Assembly: GCA_021816865.1 (NCBI GenBank)
Contig: JAKAWX010000001.1
Span: forward strand, 40,794-104,793
Reading direction: 5' to 3'
From: Thermoplasmata archaeon
GTDB lineage: Archaea; Thermoplasmatota; Thermoplasmata; Lutacidiplasmatales; UBA184
Length of the DNA: 64,000 bases
In this document: positions 32,562 through 42,201 of the stretch, piece by piece
Layout of the letters: every line of letters begins with the position of its first letter
Position numbering within the stretch: position 1 is the first letter of the stretch
Notes under the pieces: model-generated
What the model saw: the letters and a program-made list of their open reading frames with translations, nothing else
The model's database searches: none
What the model was told of the DNA's origin: nothing
Program-made: the position numbers and the translations under genes

Positions 32562-34889
32562 TCAGGCCCCCTTCCACGGACGGTGCTCGGCCGCGCGGAG
32601 GTCGAGCCCGCGCAGCACGCGGTCGGGCGTGATCGGGAGCTCGTGGAACCGCACGCCGACCGCGTCGTAGAGCGCGTTTCCCACCGCGGGGAGAGTCGCG
32701 ATCAGCGGGCCCTCGCCCGCCTCCTTGGCGCCGAACGGGCCCTCGGGGTCGTCGTCGCCCACGAGGAGGATCTCGACCTTCGGCATCTGCTGGGGCATCG
32801 GGATCTTGTACTCGAGCAGGGAGGGGTTGAGGAGCCGGCTCGACCGATAGTTCATCGACTCCCCCATCACCTGACCGAGTCCCATGTGGATCGAGCCCTC
32901 GATCTGCCCCTCCACCGCGAGGCGGTTGAGCGCGCGGCCGCAATCGAACGCGGCCCAGAGGCGAGGGATCCGGTACGCCCCGGTCTCGACGTCGACGTCG
33001 ACCTCGGCGACGTACGCCGCGAACGAGTACGCGGGCGCCGTTCCCGCCCGGGCTCCCTTGAACGTCCCGCCCAGCGTCGGGGAACGGTACGACCCCGAGG
33101 CCGTGAGGGCGCCCGACGTCTCCATCGCGGCATGCAGCGCGTCGAGGAACGTCACGAAGCGGTCCGGCCGACCCCGAACGGCGATCCGTTCGTGCCCGAC
33201 CTCGAGCGATCCGGCCGGTTCCCCGAGGGTCCGGGCGGCGGCCGCGACGAGCCGGTCGCGGAGCGACTCCGCGGCCTCGCGCGCCGCGTTCCCCATCATG
33301 AACGTCACCCGGCTCGAGTAGGAGCCGAGGTCGACGGGGCTCACGTCCGAGTCGACGCGCTGGACGTGGACGCGCTCGAGGTCGACGCCCAGCACCTCGG
33401 CGACGATCGCGGCGAGGAGCGTGTTCGACCCCTGGCCGATGTCGGCCTGCATCGAGTGGACGGCGATCCCGCCGTCCATGTCGACCTTGAGGTGGACCGT
33501 CGACTGCGGCATCTTCGGCGTGAAGTGGATCGGGCTGTTCGAGCCCGAGATGTAGAACCCGCAGCCGAGGCCGACGCCCCGGCCGTAGGGCAGCCGACGG
33601 AACTTCGCGTCCCAGCCGCTGCGCTCGCGCACGGCGGTGAGGCACTTCACGAACGACGTCGACGTGATGCGGAACTGGTTGATGGTCGTCGAGTTCGGCG
33701 GGAGCGCGTTGCGCTCCCTCAGGTCGAAGGGGTCTACCCCCAACTTCTCGGCGAGCGCGTCGAGCGCGAGCTCGATCGAATAGCGGAGGTTCGTCCCCCC
33801 GTGCGCGCGCATCGCGCCGGACGGAGGCTTCGTCGTGTAGACCCGTTGGCCCTTGTAGCGGAAGTTCGGGACCCGGTAGGGACCCATCGCGAGGACCCCG
33901 TTGTAGTACGTCGTGACCGTGCCGAACGAGCTCCACGCGCCGCCGTCGATCAGCGCCTCGATGTCGTAGCCGAGGAAAGTGCCGTCCGCATCCGCCGCGA
34001 TCCGCACGTCGTTCTGGGTCGGGTGCCGACCGTGGTTCGTGTAGAACACGTCCTCGCGGTCGAAGAGGATCTTGACCGGTCGCCCGGTCTCGAGCGCGAG
34101 CGCCGCGCAGACGATCTCGTGCGGAAGGGGGTCCGACTTGCCCCCGAACCCGCCACCGACCTCGGGCTTGATCACGCGGATGCGGTGCATCGGGATCTCG
34201 AGCACTTCGGAGAGGGTGCGGTGGAGGTAGTGGGGAACCTGCGTCGCGCTCCAGACCGTGAGGCGCCCGTCGGGCGTCGCCTCCGCGACGGTCGCCATCG
34301 GTTCGGTGAAGGCGTGGGTCACACCCGCGAACCGGCCCCGGACCCGGACCGTCACGGCCGCCCTCGCGAACGCGGCGTCGACGTCCCCGAAATGCTGGAC
34401 GACCTCTTTCTGGATGTTCGAACCGAGGAGCCCGCGCGCGTGGATCGGTTCGGCGACCTTCGAGAGCCCGGACCGGGGGTCCGAGTACTCGGGCAACGGC
34501 TCGACCTTGAACCGAACGAGCGAGAGCGCCTTCTCCGCGGTGAGCTCGTCCGTCGCCGCGACCGCCGCGACGATGTCGCCGATGTACCGGGCCTTCCCGA
34601 CGGCGATCGCGGTCTCGTCGTGCGTGATGGGCAGGACCCCGAACGGGGTGGGGTACCGGTCCCCGGTAAGGACGGCGAGGACCCCCGGGAGCGCACGGGC
34701 CGCCCGCACGTCGACCGACACGAGGCGGGCGTGCGGCCACGGGCTCCGCAACAGGCGGCCGACGAGCATGCCGGGGCGCTGGATGTCGTCGGTGTACTCC
34801 GCGCGGCCGGTGACCTTGAGGGGTCCCTCGACGTACGGGATCCGCCCCCCCAGGAGGCGGTACGGCCCGGGCTCGGGCGACGACATCAT
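32562..34889 (-). CDS. Molybdopterin-binding aldehyde oxidase/xanthine dehydrogenase-family large subunit
   Basis: In-frame 775 codons of ORF 32562..35303 from the ATG at 34889 (ATGA overlap with the small-subunit stop). Motifs: VTGRAEYTDD, GGGFGGK, GAKEAGEGP. Confidence 0.9.
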   Translation of the reverse strand: MMSSPEPGPYRLLGGRIPYVEGPLKVTGRAEYTDDIQRPGMLVGRLLRSPWPHARLVSVDVRAARALPGVLAVLTGDRYPTPFGVLPITHDETAIAVGKARYIGDIVAAVAATDELTAEKALSLVRFKVEPLPEYSDPRSGLSKVAEPIHARGLLGSNIQKEVVQHFGDVDAAFARAAVTVRVRGRFAGVTHAFTEPMATVAEATPDGRLTVWSATQVPHYLHRTLSEVLEIPMHRIRVIKPEVGGGFGGKSDPLPHEIVCAALALETGRPVKILFDREDVFYTNHGRHPTQNDVRIAADADGTFLGYDIEALIDGGAWSSFGTVTTYYNGVLAMGPYRVPNFRYKGQRVYTTKPPSGAMRAHGGTNLRYSIELALDALAEKLGVDPFDLRERNALPPNSTTINQFRITSTSFVKCLTAVRERSGWDAKFRRLPYGRGVGLGCGFYISGSNSPIHFTPKMPQSTVHLKVDMDGGIAVHSMQADIGQGSNTLLAAIVAEVLGVDLERVHVQRVDSDVSPVDLGSYSSRVTFMMGNAAREAAESLRDRLVAAAARTLGEPAGSLEVGHERIAVRGRPDRFVTFLDALHAAMETSGALTASGSYRSPTLGGTFKGARAGTAPAYSFAAYVAEVDVDVETGAYRIPRLWAAFDCGRALNRLAVEGQIEGSIHMGLGQVMGESMNYRSSRLLNPSLLEYKIPMPQQMPKVEILLVGDDDPEGPFGAKEAGEGPLIATLPAVGNALYDAVGVRFHELPITPDRVLRGLDLRAAEHRPWKGA

Positions 34890-35359
34890 CCCTCCGTCCG
34901 CGCGGCGCTTTCGATCGCCTCGATGATCTTGAGGTAGCCCGTGCACCGGCACAGGTTCCCCGAGATCGCGCGTTCGATCTCGGCCCGACTGGGTCGGGGG
35001 TTCGAGCGCAGGAGCGCGGTCGCGGTCACGACGAACCCGGGGGTGCAGAAGCCGCACTGGGTCGCGCCGTGCGCCACGAAGGCAGCCTGGACGGGGTTGA
35101 GGCCGCGCGGCGGCGAGACCCCCTCGATCGTCTCCACCGAGCGGCCGTCGACGAGCCGGGCGAGCGTGAGGCAGCTCAGGGTCGGGCGGCCGTCGACGAG
35201 GACCGTGCAGCACCCGCAGGTGCCGAGGTCGCAACCCCGTTTCGTGCCCGTGAGCCGGAGGTCCTCTCGCAACAGGTCGAGAAGGACCCGGGGCGACGGG
35301 CATGGGACGTCGACCGGGTGGCCGTTCAAGCGGAAGCTAAGGAGATCTCGGGACGACAT
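34886..35359 (-). CDS. [2Fe-2S]-binding small subunit (CoxS/XdhC-iron-sulfur type)
   Basis: ORF 34886..35389; the internal ATG at 35359 (MSSRDLLSFRLNG) is preferred. Motifs: CDLGTCGCCTV, QCGFCTPG, CRCTGY. Confidence 0.9.
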   Translation of the reverse strand: MSSRDLLSFRLNGHPVDVPCPSPRVLLDLLREDLRLTGTKRGCDLGTCGCCTVLVDGRPTLSCLTLARLVDGRSVETIEGVSPPRGLNPVQAAFVAHGATQCGFCTPGFVVTATALLRSNPRPSRAEIERAISGNLCRCTGYLKIIEAIESAARTEG

Positions 35360-36182
35360 CGCCCTCCGATAGGGACGGGCGTACCTCACGCCCGTGCCCG
35401 GGTAAGGTGTTCGGGTGCGCCTCTTGGACGAGCTCGGCGACGATGCTGACCGCGATCTCGGCCGGGCTCTCCGCGCCGATGCCGAGGCCCACCGGCGAGC
35501 GGATGCGCTCGAGGGCGGAGCGTGCGAAGCCGCGATCGCGTAGGAGCCCGAAAAGATGCCCGCGCTTCGAGGCGCTCGCGATGAGCCCGATCGCGTTGGG
35601 GAACCGGTCGATCGCCCCCGCCAGGACCTCGAGGTCCTTCATGGCGTCGTACCCGAGCACGTAGAGATGGGTGAACGACGCGGGGTCGAACCGTTCCCAG
35701 AGCGCCTCGGGCTCGACAACCTCGCGCCGGTCGGCGGTGGGGAACCGGTCGTCACCGACCCAGTCGGGGCGGTCGTCGGCCACGCTATAGTCGTACTCGA
35801 GCGTCGGGAGGAGCGCGGCGAGCGCGTGGGCGACGTGGCCGCCCCCCCAGAGGAGAAGGTTCGGACGGGCGGGAACGTACTCGAGGGCGACGTCCACCGA
35901 GCCGCCGCACAGGCTCGGGAGACCGCCGTCCGTCCAGGCCTGGAGCGCGAAGTGCCGGAGATCGCCCTCCCGCAGCTCGAGGGCGGTCCGGGCGAACCGC
36001 TTCACCTCCTCGTCGAGCGCAGCACCCCCGACGGTCCCGACCGACGATCCGTCGGCCCGGACGAGCATGGACGCGCCCCGCTTCCCGGGCACCGACCCCG
36101 TCGTCCGGACGACGACGGCGCGGACGAACGGCTGGTGGGACTCGAGCAGGCGCAACGCCTCGCGGGTCTGGCGTCGGTCCAC
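35337..36182 (-). CDS. XdhC/CoxI-family molybdenum-cofactor insertion chaperone
   Basis: In-frame 281 codons of ORF 35337..36569 from the GTG at 36182, which shares 1 nt with the upstream TAG. Motifs: VVVRTTGSVPGKRGASMLV and LLLWGGGHVAHALA. Confidence 0.8.
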   Translation of the reverse strand: MDRRQTREALRLLESHQPFVRAVVVRTTGSVPGKRGASMLVRADGSSVGTVGGAALDEEVKRFARTALELREGDLRHFALQAWTDGGLPSLCGGSVDVALEYVPARPNLLLWGGGHVAHALAALLPTLEYDYSVADDRPDWVGDDRFPTADRREVVEPEALWERFDPASFTHLYVLGYDAMKDLEVLAGAIDRFPNAIGLIASASKRGHLFGLLRDRGFARSALERIRSPVGLGIGAESPAEIAVSIVAELVQEAHPNTLPGHGREVRPSLSEGDVVPRSP

Positions 36183-36790
36183 TAGAATCCCCCCCGGCTC
36201 GTCCACTCGTCCCGCGCCGCGCGGTAGCTCTCGGGGGTGTCGATGTTCGCCACGACCCCCGGGTCGTCGACCTCCACCCGGCGGATCTGGGGCCCGAACT
36301 CGGGCAGAAGGGCCCGGACCGGAGCGTCCGGCCGCAGCTCGAGAAGGTCGGGTCGGATCGAGGAGCGCCACAGGACCGGATGGCCGCCGTGCCCGCGGTA
36401 GGTCGGTATGAACCAGACGCCGAGCAGGTCGCGGCTCGCGACCGACTCGAGGCGCTCGACCGTCGTCGCGGCGACGAACGGATGGTCGACCGGCCAGAAG
36501 AGGATATCCCGCCCGGGCGGGATGGCGTTCACGCCGGCCTGGACGGAGGCGGTCCGCCCCTCGAACCACCGCTCCGCCTCGACGACCTCCACGGGGAGGC
36601 CGTGGAGCGCCCGGACCACCGGGGCGCGGTGGGCGCCGACGACGACGCTGATCGGGTCGTACCCCTCCGCGAGGCAGATCTCGGCGATCCGGCGGATCGC
36701 GCTCGTCTCCCCGACGTCCACGAGGGCCTTCGGGAGCTCCCCGAAGCGGCTCGACTCGCCGGCGGCGAGCAGGAGAGCGGCGATCGTCAT
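36182..36790 (-). CDS. MobA/MocA-like molybdenum cofactor nucleotidyltransferase
   Basis: ORF 36182..36832; the internal ATG at 36790 (MTIAALLLAAGESSRFG) is the typical N-terminus. Confidence 0.8.
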   Translation of the reverse strand: MTIAALLLAAGESSRFGELPKALVDVGETSAIRRIAEICLAEGYDPISVVVGAHRAPVVRALHGLPVEVVEAERWFEGRTASVQAGVNAIPPGRDILFWPVDHPFVAATTVERLESVASRDLLGVWFIPTYRGHGGHPVLWRSSIRPDLLELRPDAPVRALLPEFGPQIRRVEVDDPGVVANIDTPESYRAARDEWTSRGGF

Positions 36791-36987
36791 CCGGACCGGG
36801 CCCCCGGGGTCACGGGCGGCGCTCTCGGGCACGACCCTCGGTTAGTTAAGGGTCCGGTCCTGCCGTCGGGGCCGCGGGACCGCGGGCCCGGTGCGGTCGG
36901 CCTCTCGCGCGCGTTCGCCGGCGAGCGTCCTCCCCCGAGCTTCCGGGTCAGCGCTTAAATAGCACGGCCGGGTGGGCGCGCCGCCTC

Positions 36988-37443
36988 ATGACCCATCCGA
37001 ACGACGTGCCCCCGTCGATGCTCCTCCCGCAGCTCGCGACCGAGCTGAGGAACCGGCAGGCCGTCGCCCCCCCCGCCTGGGCGACGTTCGTGAAGACCGG
37101 CGTGCACAAGCAGCGCGCCCCCGCGGAGCCCGACTGGTGGTACCTGCGCAGCGCCTCGGTGCTTCGGAAGATCTACGTGAAGGGGCACATCGGGGTCACC
37201 CGCCTCAGCGCCGAGTACGGCGGCAAGCGGGATCGGGGCAGCGCCCCATACCACGCCCGGAGCGGCTCGCGCTCGATCCTGCGCGAGATCGTCCACCAGC
37301 TCGAGAAGTCCGGGCTCGTCCAGCCCTACAAGACCCGGGGACGCCGCCTCACGCCCGAGGGCGAAAAGCTGCTCTCCGCGGTCGCCACGGAGATCCTTCA
37401 GAAGCTCGTGACGAGCCGACCCGAACTCGCCAAGTACCTCTAG
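36988..37443 (+). CDS. rps19e: 30S ribosomal protein S19e
   Basis: ORF track, 151 aa. Motifs: PAWATFVKTG, DWWYLRSASVLRKIY, GGKRDRG. Confidence 0.95.
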   Translation: MTHPNDVPPSMLLPQLATELRNRQAVAPPAWATFVKTGVHKQRAPAEPDWWYLRSASVLRKIYVKGHIGVTRLSAEYGGKRDRGSAPYHARSGSRSILREIVHQLEKSGLVQPYKTRGRRLTPEGEKLLSAVATEILQKLVTSRPELAKYL

Positions 37444-37475
37444 CGACCGTACGGTGGGGCGAGGAGGAGTGCTCG

Positions 37476-37835
37476 ATGGCGTACGGAGAGGACCCCGAAC
37501 TGAACGAGCTCCGCCGTCGACGCGTGCGCCAGATCCAGGACCTTCAGGGGGCCGAGGCCTCGAACGCCGGCGCCTACGCGGCCCAAGAGGCCGAGATGCA
37601 GCGGCGCGACGCCGAGCGGGCCGAGATCCTCCGACGGATCCTATCGCCCGAAGCCCGCGAACGACTCGGCCGCATCCGCCTCGCGAAGCCGGACGTGGCG
37701 GCGTCGGTCGAGCAACAGCTCATCCAACTCGCCGCGAGCGGACGGATCCAGCGGCAGGTCGACGACGCGACCTTGCGCGCCCTGCTCGAGCGGATCGCGC
37801 CCGACCGACGGGAGATCCGGATCACGCGGCGTTGA
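37476..37835 (+). CDS. PDCD5/TFAR19-like DNA-binding protein (COG2118)
   Basis: In-frame 119 codons of ORF 36972..37835 from the ATG at 37476, preceded by GAGGAGG. Motif: ILRRILSPEARERLGRIRLAKPDVAASVEQQLIQLAASGRI. Confidence 0.85.
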   Translation: MAYGEDPELNELRRRRVRQIQDLQGAEASNAGAYAAQEAEMQRRDAERAEILRRILSPEARERLGRIRLAKPDVAASVEQQLIQLAASGRIQRQVDDATLRALLERIAPDRREIRITRR

Positions 37836-37847
37836 CGGGGGAAGTCG

Positions 37848-38006
37848 ATGGCAAACCGTAGGAAGAGCCTCGCACGGAAGACCCGCCTGTTCCGGGTGGT
37901 CAAGAGCAACCGCCGGGTCCCGGCGTGGGTCATGCAGCGGACGGACCGACGGGTGACGCGCCACCCGAAGCGTCACACCTGGAAGCGGGGCCACCTGCAC
38001 AAGTGA
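37848..38006 (+). CDS. rpl39e: 50S ribosomal protein L39e
   Basis: Below the ORF-track size cut-off. Manual translation: MANRRKSLARKTRLFRVVKSNRRVPAWVMQRTDRRVTRHPKRHTWKRGHLHK (52 aa), showing the NRRVPAWV motif in the conserved position between the PDCD5-like and L31e genes. Confidence 0.85.
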   Translation: MANRRKSLARKTRLFRVVKSNRRVPAWVMQRTDRRVTRHPKRHTWKRGHLHK

Positions 38007-38026
38007 GCGAACGGAGGTAGAGGACG

Positions 38027-38323
38027 ATGGCCCCGAAGACCCCCGCCCGTCGAGGAGAGGAACTCGAACGGGAGTACGTGATCCCGCTGCGCGCGAGCCA
38101 GCATGCGCCGTCGCGCCGCCGTCGGGCCGGCCACGCGCTCGAGACCGTCCGACGGTTCGTCGTGCAGCACATGAAGGGAAAGCCGGAGGACGTCTGGATC
38201 GACCCCCGGCTCAACGAAAAGATCTGGACGCGCGGGATCCAGCACATCCCGAGCAAGGTCCGGGTCAAAGCGATTCGGTTCGAGGACGGCCTCATCGAGG
38301 TCGACCTCCTCGAGACGGAGTAA
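38027..38323 (+). CDS. rpl31e: 50S ribosomal protein L31e
   Basis: ORF track, 98 aa. Motifs: EREYVIPLR, VWIDPRLNEKIW, RVKA. Confidence 0.9.
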   Translation: MAPKTPARRGEELEREYVIPLRASQHAPSRRRRAGHALETVRRFVVQHMKGKPEDVWIDPRLNEKIWTRGIQHIPSKVRVKAIRFEDGLIEVDLLETE

Positions 38324-38346
38324 ACCGCACCGCGGGAGAGGCCTGA

Positions 38347-39012
38347 GTGCCGGTCGGTCGCGCCCTATTCGGTGGGAGCCCGTACCTCGGCGTCTACGTG
38401 CGCGTCGGCGACCGGGCGGCGATCGGGCCCGCGAACCTCGACCGCCCGTTCGAACGGGACCTCGAGCGTCTGCTCGGCGTGACGGTCGTGCGAACCTCGG
38501 TGTTCGATGCCGAGGTCGTCGGGGCGATGATCGCCTCGAACTCGCACGGGATCGTCGTCGGCGACCGCCTGGACGCCGACGAGCGGCGGCCGCTCGAGGC
38601 GATCGCCCCGGTCACGGTCGTCCCGAGCCGCCTGAACGCGCTGGGGAACAACATCCTCGCGAACGACCACGGGGCGCTCGTCCACCCGGAATTCTCGAAC
38701 GAGGCCGTCGACTCGATCGCGGCGGCGCTCGGTGTCCGGACGGTCCGCGGCACGCTGGCCGGGCTCGGTACCGTCGGGATGGCCGGGGTCGCGACCAACC
38801 GGGGGGTGGTGGTCCACCCGAAGGCGACGGAACGCGAGGCGGAGCTCGTCGAGCAGCACCTCGAGGTGCCGGTCCATCGCTCGACCGCGAACTTCGGGGT
38901 GCCGGTCGTCGGCGCCTGCCTGGTCGCGAACTCCCGGGGATTCATCGTGGGGCGCCCGACGACCCCGGTCGAGATCGTCCACCTGCAGGAAGGCCTGGGG
39001 ATCCTCGACTGA
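38347..39012 (+). CDS. eif6: Translation initiation factor 6 (aIF6)
   Basis: ORF track, 221 aa, GTG start. Repeated pentein pattern (GSPYLGVY, SNSHGIVVG, ANDHGALVHP, TNRGVVVHP, ANSRGFIVG). Confidence 0.93.
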   Translation: MPVGRALFGGSPYLGVYVRVGDRAAIGPANLDRPFERDLERLLGVTVVRTSVFDAEVVGAMIASNSHGIVVGDRLDADERRPLEAIAPVTVVPSRLNALGNNILANDHGALVHPEFSNEAVDSIAAALGVRTVRGTLAGLGTVGMAGVATNRGVVVHPKATEREAELVEQHLEVPVHRSTANFGVPVVGACLVANSRGFIVGRPTTPVEIVHLQEGLGILD

Positions 39013-39071
39013 ACCTCGGCTTCGGTCGCTCCGCGAACCCCGCCCCACCCCCGGTGGGGACCCGGTCAAGG

Positions 39072-39296
39072 TTACGTTCCGCGCTTGCGCTTGACGTATC
39101 GGGTCGCGTATCCCGCGATCCGGTTCGCGAGCTTCTTATGGGTCGCCTGGAGCCTTCCGTCGACCGTCACTCCGAGGTCGGTGAGCTCGAGGACCTTCCG
39201 CTTGTTGTTGGCGAACTCCCCCGTGAACGTCTCGGGGTAGTTTCGGATCAGCTCGATCGCGACCCGTTTGATGTACGTCTGGCGGATGTTGCCCAT
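39072..39296 (-). CDS. rps17e: 30S ribosomal protein S17e
   Basis: ORF 39072..39401; conserved S17e sequence starts at the ATG at 39296 (MGNIRQTYIKRVAIELIRNYPETFT...NRIAGYATRY). The alternative start at 39401 would add a 35-aa Ala/Arg-rich extension and sits about 25 nt below a TATTTA element. Confidence 0.85.
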   Translation of the reverse strand: MGNIRQTYIKRVAIELIRNYPETFTGEFANNKRKVLELTDLGVTVDGRLQATHKKLANRIAGYATRYVKRKRGT

Positions 39297-39511
39297 GCGG
39301 GCGGGGCCGACCCGAGTCGTGGTTATAACCTTGCCGGCGACCGGACGGGCCGCGCGTCCCCGGGCGCTCGCCGGCCCGGCGGCGGGAGCGGCGGAAGCCA
39401 CAAATACCCTGCCCGAGGTAAATACCCTCGGGAGGAAGGCGGGGGGCCGTCCGGCGGGCTCCCATCTTCTGGTACCGGGGAAACCCTGACCGAGGACACG
39501 AGCGGGAACGG

Positions 39512-41017
39512 ATGACGGACGAATCGGCCGGACACCCCCTACCGCCGCGTCGCGAGCGCCACGTGCTCCTGCTCGACCTTTCGAAGAGCATGCTCGCCCC
39601 GCTCCCCGACCCCAAGGAAGAGCGGACCGAGCACCAGAAGATCGAGGTCGCGCGGACCGCCGTCTTCCGGATCCTCCAGGACGCCGTCACGTCGGGTTCC
39701 CTGTTCGGGCTCGTCACCTTCACCGAAGCGGTGCGGGTACCCGTGCCGCTCGGCGAGATCCACAAGGAGAACCTCCCGTACATCGAGAACTTGATCTCCC
39801 TCCTCGCCCCGAGCGGCCGCTCGGCGATCTGGGACGCCATCGCGGTCGGGGCCGACCTGCTCCGAATGGGCACGGACGGCGTCCGAGGCAACCTCGTCCT
39901 CGTGACCGATGGCTGGGACAATGCCTCCGCGCGGTTCGACGTGCGCCCCGGTCCGAGCGACCCCCTTCCGGAAGGTCGCGTCGACCTCGTGCCGTACGTG
40001 CTCCCCGCCAACTCCCGCCTCACGCTCCGCATCATCGGCATCGGGAGCGGGGACGAGCGCGACAAAGGCGTCGACGCCGGCCGGATGCACACCCTCCTCG
40101 ATCAGATGACCGAACGGGCGCAGACCCTCGGGCTCCCGCCGGCGTTCAGCTTCCAGGAGGTCACGACCGGCTCGGCGCTCTTCGCGCAGATGGTCCACGC
40201 GTTCGTCGACGTGGGCTACGAGGGCGACCCATCGATCACCGACCTCCACCCGGAGGAGCTCGCGCAGCACGCCGCGAGCGCGGCCCGGGCGCTGAAGGAG
40301 CCTCAGCAGCACGCGACCGTCTCGCGCATCCGCACCGGTTCGGCTCTCCCCCGCCCGGGGTCCGACGACGGCTACCACGAGGCCCCCGACCTCGAGGTCG
40401 ACGTGCTCGCCGCGTCCCCGGTCGGCCCGCCTGCGTACCTTAAAGAACGGTACGGGCCTCTCGGCGAGGTCGTGGAAGCCTACCTGGCCGGCGATTACGA
40501 CCGCGCGCTCGGACAGCTCGCCCGGTCGCAAGCGGTCCTTCCCGCCGTCACCCGGCTCTACTGGGAGGCTCGCGTCCAGTACGCCCGGCACGCGGTCGTC
40601 GAGGCCGCGCGTGCCCTCCTGGGGGCGTGGACGGAGGCCGAACGGCTGCCGCTCGCCTCCCAGTCGCCAATCCTTCGCCGTCTCGCGATGCTCCAGGCCC
40701 GGATGCAGAACGACAAGGAGACCGAGACGCTCGTCAAGTTCATCGACCACACCGAGCACGGGCTGGCGGTCGGCGAACCTGAGACCCGCGACCGACTCAT
40801 GGACCTGTTCGACCGGCTCCTCGAGCTGCGGGGGACCTACCAGCTGACGCGGATCGCGAACGAAGGGGATCTCCAGGACGCGGCGCTCAAGCACGAAGCC
40901 GCCGTCGAGGACGTGTTCGGCCGTCTCCAGGACGCCCGGCTCGACCTCGCGACGAGCGGGGCGGTCGTCGAGGGCGCCCTGGACTTCATTGAAATATGCC
41001 TCGCGGAGATGCGGTAG
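39512..41017 (+). CDS. von Willebrand factor A (vWA) domain protein with C-terminal helical/TPR-like domain
   Basis: ORF track, 501 aa. MIDAS motif VLLLDLSKSM (DxSxS), plus LVTFTEAV and LVLVTDGWDN. The C-terminal ~250 aa are helical (EAYLAGDYDRALGQLARSQ). Confidence 0.85.
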   Translation: MTDESAGHPLPPRRERHVLLLDLSKSMLAPLPDPKEERTEHQKIEVARTAVFRILQDAVTSGSLFGLVTFTEAVRVPVPLGEIHKENLPYIENLISLLAPSGRSAIWDAIAVGADLLRMGTDGVRGNLVLVTDGWDNASARFDVRPGPSDPLPEGRVDLVPYVLPANSRLTLRIIGIGSGDERDKGVDAGRMHTLLDQMTERAQTLGLPPAFSFQEVTTGSALFAQMVHAFVDVGYEGDPSITDLHPEELAQHAASAARALKEPQQHATVSRIRTGSALPRPGSDDGYHEAPDLEVDVLAASPVGPPAYLKERYGPLGEVVEAYLAGDYDRALGQLARSQAVLPAVTRLYWEARVQYARHAVVEAARALLGAWTEAERLPLASQSPILRRLAMLQARMQNDKETETLVKFIDHTEHGLAVGEPETRDRLMDLFDRLLELRGTYQLTRIANEGDLQDAALKHEAAVEDVFGRLQDARLDLATSGAVVEGALDFIEICLAEMR

Positions 41018-41028
41018 GGCGGAGTCGC

Positions 41029-42198
41029 ATGCCCGAGGTCAAGGTCACCACGAGGACCCGCCGGACGGCGGGGGCGAAGCGCGAGCCGAAGGCCCCGGCG
41101 ACCGACACCGCCCGGATCGCGGTCGTCGGGATCCCGGCGTCGGGGAAGACGACGTACTTCCGGTTCCTTTCCGGCCACTTCGGGCTCAACCTCCCCATCC
41201 TCTACGTGCCGGCGCGGGCCGATGACGGGACGCTGCCGCTCTACGGGGACCTCGAGAACGACGTCGCGCTCGAAGAGACGACGTACGAGACGACCGACCC
41301 GACCGATCCCGAAGGAAGCCTAGAGACCACGACCCGGTTCTATGTGAACCGACCGATGGAGGACCGTCGCAAGCTCTGGGTCGAGCTCTCCGCGGGCCGC
41401 GACGAGCAGGGCGTCCTGACCAAGTACCCGCTCCCGACGAAGTTCAACCAGTTCGTCGAGATGAAGATGCGCTTCCGCTACGGCGCGCCGGACGGGGAGG
41501 CCGGCTCGCGCCCGATGGAGCTGCGCACGATCGACGAGGCCGGCGGGATCATCGCCGACTACTTCACCTACGACCGGCTCTGGGTCGATTCGCCGGAAGG
41601 TGAGGTCCCGGAGAAATCCTGCCGCGTGATCCCGCATTTCGAGTCTTGGCGGCCGGACCGCCGCGACCTCTGGCGTCGCGGTCTCACCCTCCTCGGGCGA
41701 TTCGTCCACGGCGCCGACGCGATCATTCTCCTGCTCTCCCCGTCGCTCCCGTCGTTGCGCGACCAGGCCCAGCAGATCAACCTCGCCCGCGGGGTCTTCC
41801 GGTACGTCAAGAGCCGCAACCTGCCGCTCGTGATCGCGGTCTCGAAGGCCGACAAACTGAAGGAGTTCTACGGCGAGATCGAACAATCGGTCCGCGAGCG
41901 AACGTACCGGTCCGCATTCGACCCGGTCGATTTCCTGCTGCGTCGGGACGGCGCGGGGCTGGGGACGATTCTCGTCGCCCAGGAGGGTCGGGGGATCTCG
42001 ACGAGGTCGGACGTCTTTCTCGTCTCGAGCGCGGTCTCGACGGGGGAAGGCCATCCGCTCTTCGTCGCCGAGACCGGCGAGGAGGCCCCCAACGTGGGGA
42101 CCCCTACCGTGGGGATCCCCGTGATGGTGAACACGCTGCTCCCGCTCGCGCGGGCGTGCGAGCGCGTCCTCGAACGACGCCGAACCAAGGAGAACTGA
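41029..42198 (+). CDS. Divergent P-loop GTPase-like protein
   Basis: ORF 40996..42198 trimmed to the ATG at 41029 (GGAG 5 nt upstream, 11 nt after the vWA stop). G1 VVGIPASGKTT, G3 TIDEAGG, G4-like AVSKAD, possible G5 VSSAVS. About 130-aa insert between G1 and G3. Confidence 0.75.
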   Translation: MPEVKVTTRTRRTAGAKREPKAPATDTARIAVVGIPASGKTTYFRFLSGHFGLNLPILYVPARADDGTLPLYGDLENDVALEETTYETTDPTDPEGSLETTTRFYVNRPMEDRRKLWVELSAGRDEQGVLTKYPLPTKFNQFVEMKMRFRYGAPDGEAGSRPMELRTIDEAGGIIADYFTYDRLWVDSPEGEVPEKSCRVIPHFESWRPDRRDLWRRGLTLLGRFVHGADAIILLLSPSLPSLRDQAQQINLARGVFRYVKSRNLPLVIAVSKADKLKEFYGEIEQSVRERTYRSAFDPVDFLLRRDGAGLGTILVAQEGRGISTRSDVFLVSSAVSTGEGHPLFVAETGEEAPNVGTPTVGIPVMVNTLLPLARACERVLERRRTKEN

Positions 42199-42201
42199 CG
42201 G

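Noticed and set aside
39404-39430. A direct repeat AAATACCCT(N8)AAATACCCT between the S17e and vWA genes.
   Set aside because: It is most simply two TATA-like elements (TAAATA / TATTTA) serving the divergent promoters. It is too short to call a regulatory repeat without transcription-start data.
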